A stretch of 64,000 nt of DNA from a virus (Duplodnaviria > Caudoviricetes). This document shows, piece after piece, positions 1 through 9,697 of the stretch (within the stretch, counting starts at the first letter, position 1; each line of letters begins with the position of its first letter). Location: positions 1 through 64,000 of the IMG/VR virus record IMGVR_UViG_3300037461_001438; one strand, written 5' to 3'. Made by a program: the position numbers and the translations under genes. The notes beneath the pieces were generated by a model. That model was not told the DNA's origin and did no database searches. It saw nothing but the letters and a program-made list of their open reading frames with translations.

Positions 1-361
1 GACCGTCTTTTGTGTCCCTTATTTTCATACTAACTTGCCATGAATTGACCCTGCTTTGCTTGACCTGCCAGACATCCAGATCGACATTGGCCGCTGCAAG
101 CGCTTCGTCGACCGTGCTGATCGTCAAGGATTCGACGACCAGCTGGAACTTGTCGTCTTCGATGATTCTCTTGATCGTTTCGCTTTCTTCCCTGAATGAC
201 TCCGTTTCGCCCGACAAGCCATTCTTCAGAACAGACATGACGCGGTAGGACTCGCGGACGTCGAGCCCTACCGCTGAGGCAGCCTTGAGAACGCTCGGCC
301 ACGTACCGTGTTTTTCCCGGTGTTCCTTGGCTAATTGGATTAGCCGCTCTTTCTTGGTCAT
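1..361 (-). CDS. Phage protein, truncated by the window edge (not in the ORF track)
   Basis: Open frame from ATG 361 to the window edge: MTKKERLIQLAKEHREKHGTW...VDEALAAANVDLDVWQVKQSRVNSWQV. GGAAGGGA RBS upstream. Reads as a better protein than the overlapping 30..365 ORF. Confidence 0.7.
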   Translation of the reverse strand, partial: MTKKERLIQLAKEHREKHGTWPSVLKAASAVGLDVRESYRVMSVLKNGLSGETESFREESETIKRIIEDDKFQLVVESLTISTVDEALAAANVDLDVWQVKQSRVNSWQVSMKIRDTKDG

Positions 362-395
362 TCATGTTGTCCCTTCCGCCCCGTCTTGAAAATCG

Positions 396-1901
396 TTACT
401 TTGCGCTTGTGTCCTTGACGGCATTGGCGCCAGTCTTGAACTTTGGTTGATCGCCGCCGACAGGCTTCGGGAGACTCATCTCCTCATCACCGTCCGGGGT
501 ATGGATTGAAATCTCGCTACGGATCTGCGCCAAATCCTGCGGGGAGCAATCCGGTGTGACCGTCTTGACGATCTTGTCCTGAACGATCTCGCGGAAGCGC
601 TTGCTCTTGACCGAATCCATGGCGGTAACGGCGTTGTCGAGTGCAACCGCAAGGTCATCGATCGAAAACTCGGTCGTCCGGCTGATGTGGACGTCTTTGA
701 TGATTTTTTCCTGGCCGGCCCACTTGAGCCACAGCCGCAGACACTGATATTCGGCCTCGTTGATATTTTTCGTCTTGGCCTGGAGCATTGAATTAAGCTG
801 CGAAAAGGCGTAGCGCAGCGACAGGCCCGAATGCACGCCGCCCTGGTCGGAACGCCGCTGACCGCGGATCCCGTTGATATGGGCGAGCTCCTCGATTTCC
901 TCGGTCTTCCGGTCGATCCACTTCAAAATCGCCTCGACAGGCTCAAGCACTTCGGTCGGCATCCAGTCGGGTTTGGCAGCCTCGCCCAGGCTCGGATCGT
1001 ATTCTTCGACGGCCGTCACGCTAACAGGAACCTCGTCTGTCCCGTCACGGAACTCCCCCTCGCGTTCCATCGGCCGGCGCATAATCGGAAACCCGGCAAA
1101 TTTAATGATCTCCTCGCCGCTTGAAAGATTCTGGATAATCGAAACTACAATATGGGCGATGTCATTGATGTCGGAGATGCCGATCACGGGGAACATCAGG
1201 TTACGGATATTCTGCATCCAGACAAACGGTATCTCGCCAAGCGCATTCTGGCCGCTTGCGATCATTCGCGGCCGCTGGCTCTTTTTTTCGATCCCCCAGC
1301 GTTCCCAGCTTCCCGGCGTCCAGATCGTATAGGTATCGTCAGGCTCTTTCAGCTTGAGATAGGACAAAACCATCCGGTGGCTTTTCGGGTCACGCACGAA
1401 TTCCCAGTCGTAGATGTTCGGCAAAAGATAAAGCGAGTAATACGGGTAGATGCCGGCCTCGATGTCATCGGCAAGTGTCTGGCCAACCGACGACGGCTTG
1501 TTCACAAGGATACCGATTGAGCCGAAGGCGGAGGCGAACTTTGCCGCCTCGTTGATCAGGTTGTTGTAGTCCGTTCCCTGCAGATCGGCGTCACGGTAAA
1601 ACATCGACCATGGTTCGAACTTGACCAGAGGGCCGAGGTCGCGTGTGGGTTCTTTCTGGTTCAGAAAAAAATTAAACAGATCGATGATGGTCCGGCCGTC
1701 GTTGAAGGCATATCCGTCCCGAAGCCGCGCCAGGAAATTATCATCTGATTCTCTCGGGTTCTGTTTCAGGGCATACTTGATCAGGTCGCTCCCGCCACGA
1801 TAGATCACGTCGTAGAGCGCCCAATCGTCTGAATATTCGAGATACAAGTCGTGCTTGTGCTCGAGATTGTTTCTGGTCAACGTCTGTTTTTTAGTTGCCA
1901 T
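396..1901 (-). CDS. Portal protein
   Basis: 501 aa from MATKKQ. SPP1-like portal features (YLKLKE, LGEIPFV, SG-SL..AFSQLN). Lies in the terminase operon. Confidence 0.85.
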   Translation of the reverse strand: MATKKQTLTRNNLEHKHDLYLEYSDDWALYDVIYRGGSDLIKYALKQNPRESDDNFLARLRDGYAFNDGRTIIDLFNFFLNQKEPTRDLGPLVKFEPWSMFYRDADLQGTDYNNLINEAAKFASAFGSIGILVNKPSSVGQTLADDIEAGIYPYYSLYLLPNIYDWEFVRDPKSHRMVLSYLKLKEPDDTYTIWTPGSWERWGIEKKSQRPRMIASGQNALGEIPFVWMQNIRNLMFPVIGISDINDIAHIVVSIIQNLSSGEEIIKFAGFPIMRRPMEREGEFRDGTDEVPVSVTAVEEYDPSLGEAAKPDWMPTEVLEPVEAILKWIDRKTEEIEELAHINGIRGQRRSDQGGVHSGLSLRYAFSQLNSMLQAKTKNINEAEYQCLRLWLKWAGQEKIIKDVHISRTTEFSIDDLAVALDNAVTAMDSVKSKRFREIVQDKIVKTVTPDCSPQDLAQIRSEISIHTPDGDEEMSLPKPVGGDQPKFKTGANAVKDTSAK

Positions 1902-1902
1902 T

Positions 1903-2085
1903 TTATTTTTTCCTCTTCTTCGCCAACCTGCGAAGCGTCTTTCTTGCAGCTCACCGCTTGCGCGCAATCGACGAAAGCTTTGATTTCGGTTGAGAGCAGA
2001 ACTTGGCCACACTCATGCCGGAACGTTTGGCCTGAGAGGTCAAGGCGCCTTTTTTAAGTTTTCCGATCCATCCGTTTTTGGCCAT
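1903..2085 (-). CDS. Small basic protein with in-frame UGA (candidate selenoprotein)
   Basis: AAGGAG RBS, ATG 2085. MAKNGWIGKLKKGALTSQAKRSGMSVAKFCSQPKSKLSSIARKR(UGA 1951-1953)AARKTLRRLAKKRKK, then TAA 1 nt before the portal ATG. Confidence 0.65.
1918..1935 (-). promoter_or_regulatory. Bacterial SECIS-like hairpin
   Basis: CUUCGC-AGGUUG-GCGAAG; the stem starts 15 nt after the UGA. Confidence 0.55.
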
Positions 2086-2663
2086 CCCCAAAAGCTCCTT
2101 TTGATAATCCTGGCTAAGTGCCCGCGCCGCACAATGCGCTTTGCGACGTTGTGGTCGTCTGTGTCCATGGGATGCAAAAACACCCGCTCAAAAGATGCGA
2201 TATGCTGTGCATGCATTGTGTCTTCGTCGTTCTTGTCGCCATAAAAAATGTGATATTGTGTTTTTCCGGATAAATTCTTTTTTAAAGCCCTTCTGCAATC
2301 GACGGAAACCTTCGGGTAAAGTTTTGTTTTCATCGTTTGCGGGGAAAAGGCGACAACGCAGTCAAGATCAAGCATCGCGCCGATAACGATCGCCCCGTAG
2401 CCACCCATCGATGAGCCGAGGATCGTTACGTGCTTTGCCTCCGATTTGGCAACCTGCTTTCTCACAATTTTCGCCCATCCATGAAAACCTTCGCCGCATG
2501 ACCACCACCTGGCGCTTTCATCGAAAAGAAAAAGCTTTTTGCAGTCGAATTTAAAAAGTGACCGTTCCCACTCGTAACGGTCAGCCATCGCATTGTGGCA
2601 ATTCATTGCGACGACGAGATAATCCGACTTCTTCCGGTAATCTGCGTGAAACGGATCAAGCAC
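2040..2663 (-). CDS. Alpha/beta-hydrolase-like protein (esterase/acyltransferase fold)
   Basis: Nucleophile elbow ILGSSMGGYGA, AFSPQ, later D and H (DTDDHNVA). Probable GTG start overlapping the upstream stop. Confidence 0.6.
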   Translation of the reverse strand: MLDPFHADYRKKSDYLVVAMNCHNAMADRYEWERSLFKFDCKKLFLFDESARWWSCGEGFHGWAKIVRKQVAKSEAKHVTILGSSMGGYGAIVIGAMLDLDCVVAFSPQTMKTKLYPKVSVDCRRALKKNLSGKTQYHIFYGDKNDEDTMHAQHIASFERVFLHPMDTDDHNVAKRIVRRGHLARIIKRSFWGWPKTDGSENLKKAP

Positions 2664-3396
2664 AGCGATGCCATACCGTGTGAGACTTGTCGCAGTTTTT
2701 CTGCCAATTGTTGCGACGCATCCAATCACGCCCGATGTCGATGACGTTGGGCGGCGAATTGGGGTCGATGAAAACCCCATACCGCCACTTCATGACCTCC
2801 TGAACAACCCGGTAAAAAGAATGAAACTGGTTTTCCGGGTTATGCCGATGATCCATAAGTGGGATCGTTTTCTTCAAAAACTCTTTCTTGATCAGCGACG
2901 GATGCCCACAAAAGCCGAAACGCTGTTTCGTCCGTGATTCAGAAGGACATTCAAAATACCTTCCGTTCCATGGGAACACGCAAGCACCCCAGTTCAGCAT
3001 GCACCTTGCCCCGGAGGGAAACATTGAAAGCCTCAGCAGCGCGAGCGTGCTCTCTTTTTCGAGCACCCTAACCATCCTCGGGAAATCGATAGGCCTTGGC
3101 GCACACCAATCATCCTGCAAATGAAACACAAGGTCAGAATCGGCCTTGCTCAACACCCACCTGAAAGCCGTGTTGAAGTCAGCCTCTTCAGGCATGTTGT
3201 AGACAATGTCGTCAAAATAATCGGCGGCCGCAGCAACAACGTCGACAGAATCTATGTCGAGGCCGATCGGGTCGACATTCAGGATGAGCCTGAAGCCATC
3301 GGTCGTCTTGAAGACGTTTTTTATGAAAGACTCAATCGTCACACGTAAAATGTCCGGCCGCCTCGTTGCGGTCATGGCAATGTCGATTCGTTTCAT
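2656..3396 (-). CDS. Glycosyltransferase, GT-A fold
   Basis: N-terminal TATRRPDIL, VFHLQDDW acidic motif, HPSLI. Confidence 0.65.
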   Translation of the reverse strand: MKRIDIAMTATRRPDILRVTIESFIKNVFKTTDGFRLILNVDPIGLDIDSVDVVAAAADYFDDIVYNMPEEADFNTAFRWVLSKADSDLVFHLQDDWCAPRPIDFPRMVRVLEKESTLALLRLSMFPSGARCMLNWGACVFPWNGRYFECPSESRTKQRFGFCGHPSLIKKEFLKKTIPLMDHRHNPENQFHSFYRVVQEVMKWRYGVFIDPNSPPNVIDIGRDWMRRNNWQKNCDKSHTVWHRCA

Positions 3397-3929
3397 TTGC
3401 GTTCAAGGACAAGTAGACCGTTGTTGTTTTTGAATTCACGCAGAAGCGACCAATGCGGATTTGCTACAACGAACTCCTCGATCGGCCGCCTGATCCCCTC
3501 GCCGCCTTTTTCGCCAATCTTCCCGAAAGTCACCGTGTCATGAAAAACCAGGAACTTCCTTGCGGCGTTACCAGAAAGGCGCAATTCTTTTTCGATGTGA
3601 ACGGCGTTGTGCCAGGTGTCGATGAAAAGCATATCAGTCGGTTCGGCCGAGATAAGCCCGGTGTCGGCGAGAATGAGCTTGAAAGAAACATTCAGCGCGT
3701 CTGCGTATGGCTTAAGAAAACTGTAAACCGGCCGGCACCGGACATCGATGTCGTAGCTCACAAGCACTTCCGGTTCTGCACAAATAAAGGCCACCGTGCT
3801 GACACCCTCGCGCATACCGAATTCGGTCACATGCCGGCACTCGGAGGCCAGGCGACGCAGCTCCGGCAGGTGCTCGTTGATGTCGGAGCGCTTGCTGCAA
3901 AGAGATTTGTAGAGCTCTTCAGGCGTCAT
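3393..3929 (-). CDS. Class I SAM-dependent methyltransferase (Methyltransf_24-like)
   Basis: VTEFGMREGVST motif I, SYDID, DMLFIDTWH, VFHDT. Confidence 0.75.
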   Translation of the reverse strand: MTPEELYKSLCSKRSDINEHLPELRRLASECRHVTEFGMREGVSTVAFICAEPEVLVSYDIDVRCRPVYSFLKPYADALNVSFKLILADTGLISAEPTDMLFIDTWHNAVHIEKELRLSGNAARKFLVFHDTVTFGKIGEKGGEGIRRPIEEFVVANPHWSLLREFKNNNGLLVLERK

Positions 3930-5383
3930 TTCCAAAACCTCATCTTGCTTCGAACGAACCGCGGCTTACCGGCCCACTGCAGAAACTGGGACGTCGAGTC
4001 GACCAGGTCGTCGGTCCTCCAAAGCGGGAATCGAGTCAGTTCCGTCTCATACGGCACAAGCCAGGGGGCCCTGTCCGGCAAAAAGACGCGGCCGGCCTCG
4101 ATGATGGGCGCCACAGCGTCAAGTCGGATCTGCTTGTTATTTTCAGGAGTGACCGCGATCACGGGGATTGATGTGGAGTTTTTGAGCTCTTGGATCAGGC
4201 TCTGACCCGAGCCGCGGTCTTCGACGATCACGGGGACAGGGCGCCTCAACACACCGCGGAACTTGTCGTGAATCCCAATCACCCGCTTTTTTAACGCAGG
4301 GAACCCAAGCCGCTCCGCAACCACTTCAAGCAAATAGAATTCGGAATTGTTTTTAGTCATGCCCCAGATCGTGCAAGCAGAAGGGTCGTTCAGCTGCTTT
4401 TCCTTGAAGGCCGTATCCCAGGAGCAGGCGATTCGGGTAATCCCGAAAGGGGCGGGCGCGTCTGGATCAGCCTGTGTCTTCGCAAAGCCATCCTGCATCT
4501 CCTGGTACTTGTAACGCTTGAACCAATCGAGATTGATCATCCCGCCGGACGACGGAAGCGGGTTTTGCTGATACTGCGAATTCCACTCACGGGTCCCGAT
4601 TGTGTCTCTAATTTGATACAGTGTCTCGATTGGATACCTGTCCGGCCAAAGCGCATCGCCGGCGGCCCGGCCCATCGGGTCGTCGTCATGCTCTGCGATC
4701 GCCGGCAGACTCAGCACATGCCAGTTTTCGTGCTTCAGATCTTCGAGCAGAAAGCCGGTCAGATCATCGAAGTGCCATCGGGTTTGGACAACGATGATGG
4801 CGTTGCCAGGCATGAGCCGCGTGTAGGCGACCGAACGGAACCAATCGACAAGCTTCCCACGCTGAAGCTCGCTCTCGGCCTCCTCGCGCGACTTGATCGG
4901 GTCGTCGATCACGAAAAGATGGGCGCCACGGCCGATGATCGCTCCGCCGACGCCGACGGCGAAGAAATTCCCGCCTTGTGTGGTTGAAATGCGGTTCATA
5001 CCCTGGTTGTCTTTCGATACGCTGATCCCAGGAAAGATCTGCGAATGCATCGGATCGATCAGCTGGTTTCGAACCTTGCGGCCAACGTCGCCGGAGCGCT
5101 CAAACGAATAGGTCGCAAAAATAATCTGGTTCTGCGGATTTCTTCCAAGGTACCAGGCAGGGAAATACTCGCTGATCAGGTTTGTCTTGCCATGCCGCGG
5201 CGGCATGTTGACGATCAGGCGTCTTATCTCGCCGCGTTCAACCTTCATCAAGGCGTCGATGATCGAAACGACATGCTTGGCAAATATGTAATTGTTGTTC
5301 TGAAGCGCGACGTAGGCGCTCAGGTGCTTGAAGGCAAGCTTCTCGGCGACGACGCCCTCAAGACGTTTTTTGATATTTGCCAT
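3926..5383 (-). CDS. terL: Terminase large subunit
   Basis: Walker A MPPRHGKT, Walker B LFVIDDP, TRWHFDDL, nuclease SWDTA and DDLVDSTSQ. Confidence 0.95.
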   Translation of the reverse strand: MANIKKRLEGVVAEKLAFKHLSAYVALQNNNYIFAKHVVSIIDALMKVERGEIRRLIVNMPPRHGKTNLISEYFPAWYLGRNPQNQIIFATYSFERSGDVGRKVRNQLIDPMHSQIFPGISVSKDNQGMNRISTTQGGNFFAVGVGGAIIGRGAHLFVIDDPIKSREEAESELQRGKLVDWFRSVAYTRLMPGNAIIVVQTRWHFDDLTGFLLEDLKHENWHVLSLPAIAEHDDDPMGRAAGDALWPDRYPIETLYQIRDTIGTREWNSQYQQNPLPSSGGMINLDWFKRYKYQEMQDGFAKTQADPDAPAPFGITRIACSWDTAFKEKQLNDPSACTIWGMTKNNSEFYLLEVVAERLGFPALKKRVIGIHDKFRGVLRRPVPVIVEDRGSGQSLIQELKNSTSIPVIAVTPENNKQIRLDAVAPIIEAGRVFLPDRAPWLVPYETELTRFPLWRTDDLVDSTSQFLQWAGKPRFVRSKMRFWK

Positions 5384-5942
5384 CGGTCCCAAACAATGTG
5401 AGCTCGACGCACTCGCGCGCCTCGTCGACTGTTTTTTCAGGAATCTGCGGCCGAACCAGATCAGGCAAAAGCTCGGCCTCCTCGATGTCGTCTTCGATCG
5501 AAAAGCCAGCCTCGTGCATCTTCAGCATGGCGTTGATGGCGGCGTCATGCTCATGCTTGTCGAAGCTCTTGCCACGCTCGATCGTGAGCACGTCGTTGTT
5601 GCCGATGCCGATAATTTTCATCTCTTTTTCAGTGAGCTTGGTCCATTCCTCCATCCAGCGCGAGCCCTCGCGGTCGCCCAGGCTGCGCAGCCGGCGCATG
5701 CACTCGATTTTATTCAGCCTGATTTCATTCAGGATACGCTCACGCTGCAGCTCGTAGTTTGCGATGTTGGAGTTCTTGTATTCCTCGGAAAGCCCTTTCA
5801 AATCACGGCTGATCGTGGCCTTATCGACCCCAAGAATGGCGGCAAGCTGGGCGTTGGTCAGCGACGGATCTTGCCGTAAATGTTCAAGAATCCGGTGCTG
5901 CCGGTCCATGGACATCATCTTTTTCTTTGCGGATACATTCAT
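5358..5942 (-). CDS. Probable terminase small subunit (N-terminal HTH)
   Basis: LTNAQLAAILGVDKATISRDLK helix-turn-helix; directly upstream of terL. Confidence 0.6.
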   Translation of the reverse strand: MNVSAKKKMMSMDRQHRILEHLRQDPSLTNAQLAAILGVDKATISRDLKGLSEEYKNSNIANYELQRERILNEIRLNKIECMRRLRSLGDREGSRWMEEWTKLTEKEMKIIGIGNNDVLTIERGKSFDKHEHDAAINAMLKMHEAGFSIEDDIEEAELLPDLVRPQIPEKTVDEARECVELTLFGTDGKYQKTS

Positions 5943-5968
5943 AAAATTTTAACCGTTCATTTTTTTTC

Positions 5969-6004
5969 TTGACATTTCTTACTATAGGTGAGATAAACTG
6001 TCAA
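5969..6004. promoter_or_regulatory. Overlapping bidirectional promoter with central palindromic operator
   Basis: TTGACA at 5969-74 (+) and at 6004-5999 (-), flanking TCTTAC-TATAG-GTGAGA (5977-5993), between divergent terS and scaffold genes. Confidence 0.65.
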
Positions 6005-6166
6005 TAATTTTAAATCGTTATGAAGACGATTAATGGCCAAAAAAAGGGATAACAAATTGAATTAATTGCAAAAAGAGGGGGCCAAAGGTGCAGGGGGTGA
6101 TCTCTTGCAGTCCGAGGCCCACAAACCATCAGCAGCGGGGGTGACCCCCGCAGGAGGCGCGACGCC

Positions 6167-6982
6167 ATGAAAATCAAAATCGACGAGCAGACAAAAACGG
6201 CAGTGCTGAAAGACGGACTTCCTGTCTACGTCTACGACGACGGAACAGAGGGCCCGTTCGACGCGAAAGCAACCCTCGAGAACCTAAACCGCCGGATCTC
6301 GAACCTCTCGGAAGAGAAGGATCGATTTTTCGGCAAGGCCAAGGATTACGAGGAAAAATTCAAGGCCTACGAGGGCATCGATCCGGCCAAGTACGGCGAA
6401 TACGAAAAGGTCGTCAAGAACCTGAACGACAAAGCGCTCCTCGACGAGAAGGGCATCGAAGCCCTGAAGAAGACAATGCGCGAGACGTTCGAAGAGGAGA
6501 AGAAAGCCGAGGCCAAGCGTTACGAGACGATGGTCAACGAACGCGAAACGCAGGTGCAGAGCCTGAACGGCCTCGTCTACGACCTGGTGATCAAAAACAA
6601 ATTCGCAACGTCGGATTTCTTCGCGGGCGACAAGCCCAAGACGATTTACCAGCCCGAAGACGCGGCCCTGATCTTCGGGCGGAACTTCGAGGTCCAGATC
6701 AAAGACAACAAGGTTGACCTTGTTGCCAAAGATGAAAAAGGCGCCGTGATCATGTCTAAGAAAAACCACGGCGAACCAGCGGACTTCGATGAAGCCATCA
6801 CAACGCTCGTTGAGGCGCGTGCCAAGAAGTACAGCATTTTGCGGAATCATTCACCGGGCGGCCCGCCGATCCATGGAAACCTGGACACCGGCGGGAAGTC
6901 CATTGACGAACTGACACCACAAGAACGAATCCGGGTGGGGTTGAATCAGCGTTTTAAAGGGCATTTCGGGGCACCCAAATAA
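6167..6982 (+). CDS. Capsid scaffolding protein
   Basis: AGGAGG RBS; charged coiled-coil protein; G..YVYDDG.E..FDA start; directly before the major capsid gene. Confidence 0.75.
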   Translation: MKIKIDEQTKTAVLKDGLPVYVYDDGTEGPFDAKATLENLNRRISNLSEEKDRFFGKAKDYEEKFKAYEGIDPAKYGEYEKVVKNLNDKALLDEKGIEALKKTMRETFEEEKKAEAKRYETMVNERETQVQSLNGLVYDLVIKNKFATSDFFAGDKPKTIYQPEDAALIFGRNFEVQIKDNKVDLVAKDEKGAVIMSKKNHGEPADFDEAITTLVEARAKKYSILRNHSPGGPPIHGNLDTGGKSIDELTPQERIRVGLNQRFKGHFGAPK

Positions 6983-7034
6983 GATGATGGTTCGGCCACA
7001 CCTGGGATAACCACCCAACCCAGGAGGTTTTTAA

Positions 7035-7970
7035 ATGGCTACTCAAACTATTGCCGAAGCCGGGAGGCTGATCAACGATCAGATCGTCCGCGGTGTGGCC
7101 GAAGACATCATCAGCATCAACCCCATGTACTCCGTCATCCCCTTCACCCCCTACCAGGGCCAGGGTCTGATCATCCCGCGCGAGCTCGCCCTCGGCGGGA
7201 CCGGCTACGGCGCTGTCGGCACCGCGCTGACCAGCACCCAGAAGGCGGCCGCGACCTACACGGTCAAGACCGTCACGGCCATCAAGCTGATCGGCGACGC
7301 GGAAATGGACGGCCTGGTCCAGGTGCAGTCCATGAGCGCAGGTGTCGACCAGGTCGCGCTGGAAATTGCCAGCAAGTCGAAGTCCATCGGGCGGCTCTTC
7401 CAGACCGGCATGGCCCAGGGCAACGGCTCCACCACGATGCGTTCGCTCCACAGCGAGTGCGATGCCACCCAGTATTGCACTGCCGCCACAACGCGGACCA
7501 TCTCCTTTGAGCTGCTTGATGAGCTGCTCGATCTCATCAAATCCAAGGACGGAGCGGTCGACTTCATCGTGATGCCGGCCCGTACCATCCGTTCCTACAA
7601 AACGCTCCTGCGCAACCTCGGCGGAACGCCGGCCGACTGGGTCGTTGAGCTTCCCGACGGCCGCAGCACCATCGGGTACGAGTCGATCCCGATCTTCAAA
7701 AACGAGTATCTGTCGACCGCCGAGACTTCCAACGGCGCCGCCCTGACCGGCGGGGCCCTGACCTCGGTGTATGCTGGTGTCTGGGACGACGGTTCCGGCA
7801 AGGTCGGCTGCGGCGGAATTTACCCCGCCGGCGCTTCGATGGGCATCGTGGTCGAGTACATCGGCTACAAGGAAAACTACGACGAGCAGATCTGGCGGGT
7901 AAAATGGTACACGAACTTCGTGTGCTTTAACCGCCGCGGTCTTGCTCGGCTGACCTCGATCTCCAACTGA
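7035..7970 (+). CDS. Major capsid protein (HK97 fold)
   Basis: 311 aa, very high GC3; MATQTIAEA..LINDQIVRGV, IGDAEMD, FELLDELLDL, NRRGLARL; follows the scaffold gene. Confidence 0.85.
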   Translation: MATQTIAEAGRLINDQIVRGVAEDIISINPMYSVIPFTPYQGQGLIIPRELALGGTGYGAVGTALTSTQKAAATYTVKTVTAIKLIGDAEMDGLVQVQSMSAGVDQVALEIASKSKSIGRLFQTGMAQGNGSTTMRSLHSECDATQYCTAATTRTISFELLDELLDLIKSKDGAVDFIVMPARTIRSYKTLLRNLGGTPADWVVELPDGRSTIGYESIPIFKNEYLSTAETSNGAALTGGALTSVYAGVWDDGSGKVGCGGIYPAGASMGIVVEYIGYKENYDEQIWRVKWYTNFVCFNRRGLARLTSISN

Positions 7971-7990
7971 TCCTGGTCAGGATAGCAACC

Positions 7991-8029
7991 AAATGGGCCT
8001 GGAGCCTCATCGGGCTCTGGGCCCATTTT
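7991..8029 (+). terminator. Hairpin/terminator after the major capsid gene
   Basis: AAATGGGCC...GGCCCATTT inverted repeat with an inner GAGCC/GGCTC stem; short T run. Confidence 0.5.
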
Positions 8030-8048
8030 ACTGAAACGGGGCGAATCC

Positions 8049-8486
8049 ATGAAAAAGGCAATCGTAAAATTGGTGCTTGGGAACTTCCAGGTCGTCGGAA
8101 GCCCGGGAGACATCGTCAAGGTATGGGGGTACGAATTTATCGTCAATCAAGCGGGTGACTGCATCAGCGAAATGCCGATCGAGACAGCGGAAAACGAGGC
8201 GAGCGCCAAAAGGGTTGAAATCATGCTCGTGAACGACGACGAGCCTGAGCCCGCCCAGGAGCAGGAAGAGGACGTTGAGATTCCGTTCACAAAAGAAATC
8301 GAAACCTGGTTTGGCTGCGGGACCGCGGAAGACTTCAAGAAAATGATCTCGAAGCTCCCAAAGTGGAAGCTGATCGACTTTGCGAACGAAAACCTTCGCA
8401 TGTCGCTTGCGCCGATCAACAGCAAAACGAAGATGATCGCCGATATCTGCAACGCCGTCGGCAACCTGATCGGCGGTGAAAAATGA
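8049..8486 (+). CDS. Hypothetical protein after the capsid gene
   Basis: ORF overlapping the next gene (ATGA); acidic linker, helical C-terminus. Confidence 0.6.
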   Translation: MKKAIVKLVLGNFQVVGSPGDIVKVWGYEFIVNQAGDCISEMPIETAENEASAKRVEIMLVNDDEPEPAQEQEEDVEIPFTKEIETWFGCGTAEDFKKMISKLPKWKLIDFANENLRMSLAPINSKTKMIADICNAVGNLIGGEK

Positions 8487-9697
8487 TCAAACTCTCGGCG
8501 GCCATGATCGTCAAAAACGAAGAGAAAAACCTCGAGCGCTGCCTTCGCTCAATCAAGCCATTCGTCGACGAAATCGTTATCGTCGACACCGGCTCGACCG
8601 ACAGGACGGTCGAAATCGCGAAGAAATTCACGGACAAGATCTTTCACCAGCCATGGGAGGACAACTTCTCGAAGCATCGCAACTACAGCTTTTCACTTGC
8701 AACCGGAGACTGGATCTTCCAGATCGACGCGGACGAAGAGCTGATCGTCGAAGAAGGGTTCGACCTGAGAACGATGCTGGAGGAAATCAAAGATGAAATA
8801 AATGTCGTGGCGCTGAAGCTTCGCGACTGGAGCGATCGTATCAAGACCTTCGCGGGCGAAACTGAAATCATCCGCATCTTCAGAAACGGCAAAGTCACCT
8901 TCAAGCGGCGCATCCACAACGAGCCGGTCTTCGAAGGTGTGGCCGGGTACACCGCGCGCTGTTGGATCAAGCACTACGGCTACAACCTGACAGCCGAAGA
9001 GCGAAAGGCGAAAGCCAAACGGACCATCGGGCTCCTTGAGCAAAGCATCGCCGAAGATCCGGATGACATCGAAAGCCTCTTTTACCTTTCGCAGGCGCAT
9101 CTTGTCTTTGGCGACGACAGCGAAAAGGCGCTCGAGTACGCCATTAAATATTACGAAAACAAAGACAAGCTCGGCACCCGCTTCAACAGGAGTACGATCC
9201 ACCTGATCGCATCGGTGCTCACAAGAAAGCAGGACTTTAAGCAGGCGATGCAATACATCGAGGCCGGCCTAAAGGAGAACCCGATCGACATCGACCTGAA
9301 CTACGATCTCATGAACCTCGGGATCGCGATGGCGAACAACCAGATGGTCCTGGTCGGGGCGAGCCAATATCTTAATTCGATGAGCGCCTACCAGAAAGGC
9401 AAAGGCGCAACCGGCATCATCGGGAACCAATTCTACTTTCACATCGACCCGCACTCGTATGCCGCGGCGACATATTGGTTTTCGATCCTTCACATCGAAA
9501 TCGGGATAAGCCGCCTGCGCCTTTTGGCCAAGTACACACGCGAGAACTGTAACGAAAAGGTTGTAGAGGAAATCGAATCGCGGAAGCGTGAGGATTTCGC
9601 CAAACTTTCGCTCGAAGACAAAACCGAATCGCGGCTGATCATGCCGGGGATCCTCAATGGAAATACAGGTCATCGTGCCGTGGGGGCCCGACGATAA
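8483..9697 (+). CDS. GT2 glycosyltransferase with TPR-like C-terminus
   Basis: LSAAMIVKNEE..LERCL, VDTGSTD, FSKHRN, IDADE (DxD), RIHNE, HYGY, followed by helical repeats. Confidence 0.9.
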   Translation: MIKLSAAMIVKNEEKNLERCLRSIKPFVDEIVIVDTGSTDRTVEIAKKFTDKIFHQPWEDNFSKHRNYSFSLATGDWIFQIDADEELIVEEGFDLRTMLEEIKDEINVVALKLRDWSDRIKTFAGETEIIRIFRNGKVTFKRRIHNEPVFEGVAGYTARCWIKHYGYNLTAEERKAKAKRTIGLLEQSIAEDPDDIESLFYLSQAHLVFGDDSEKALEYAIKYYENKDKLGTRFNRSTIHLIASVLTRKQDFKQAMQYIEAGLKENPIDIDLNYDLMNLGIAMANNQMVLVGASQYLNSMSAYQKGKGATGIIGNQFYFHIDPHSYAAATYWFSILHIEIGISRLRLLAKYTRENCNEKVVEEIESRKREDFAKLSLEDKTESRLIMPGILNGNTGHRAVGARR

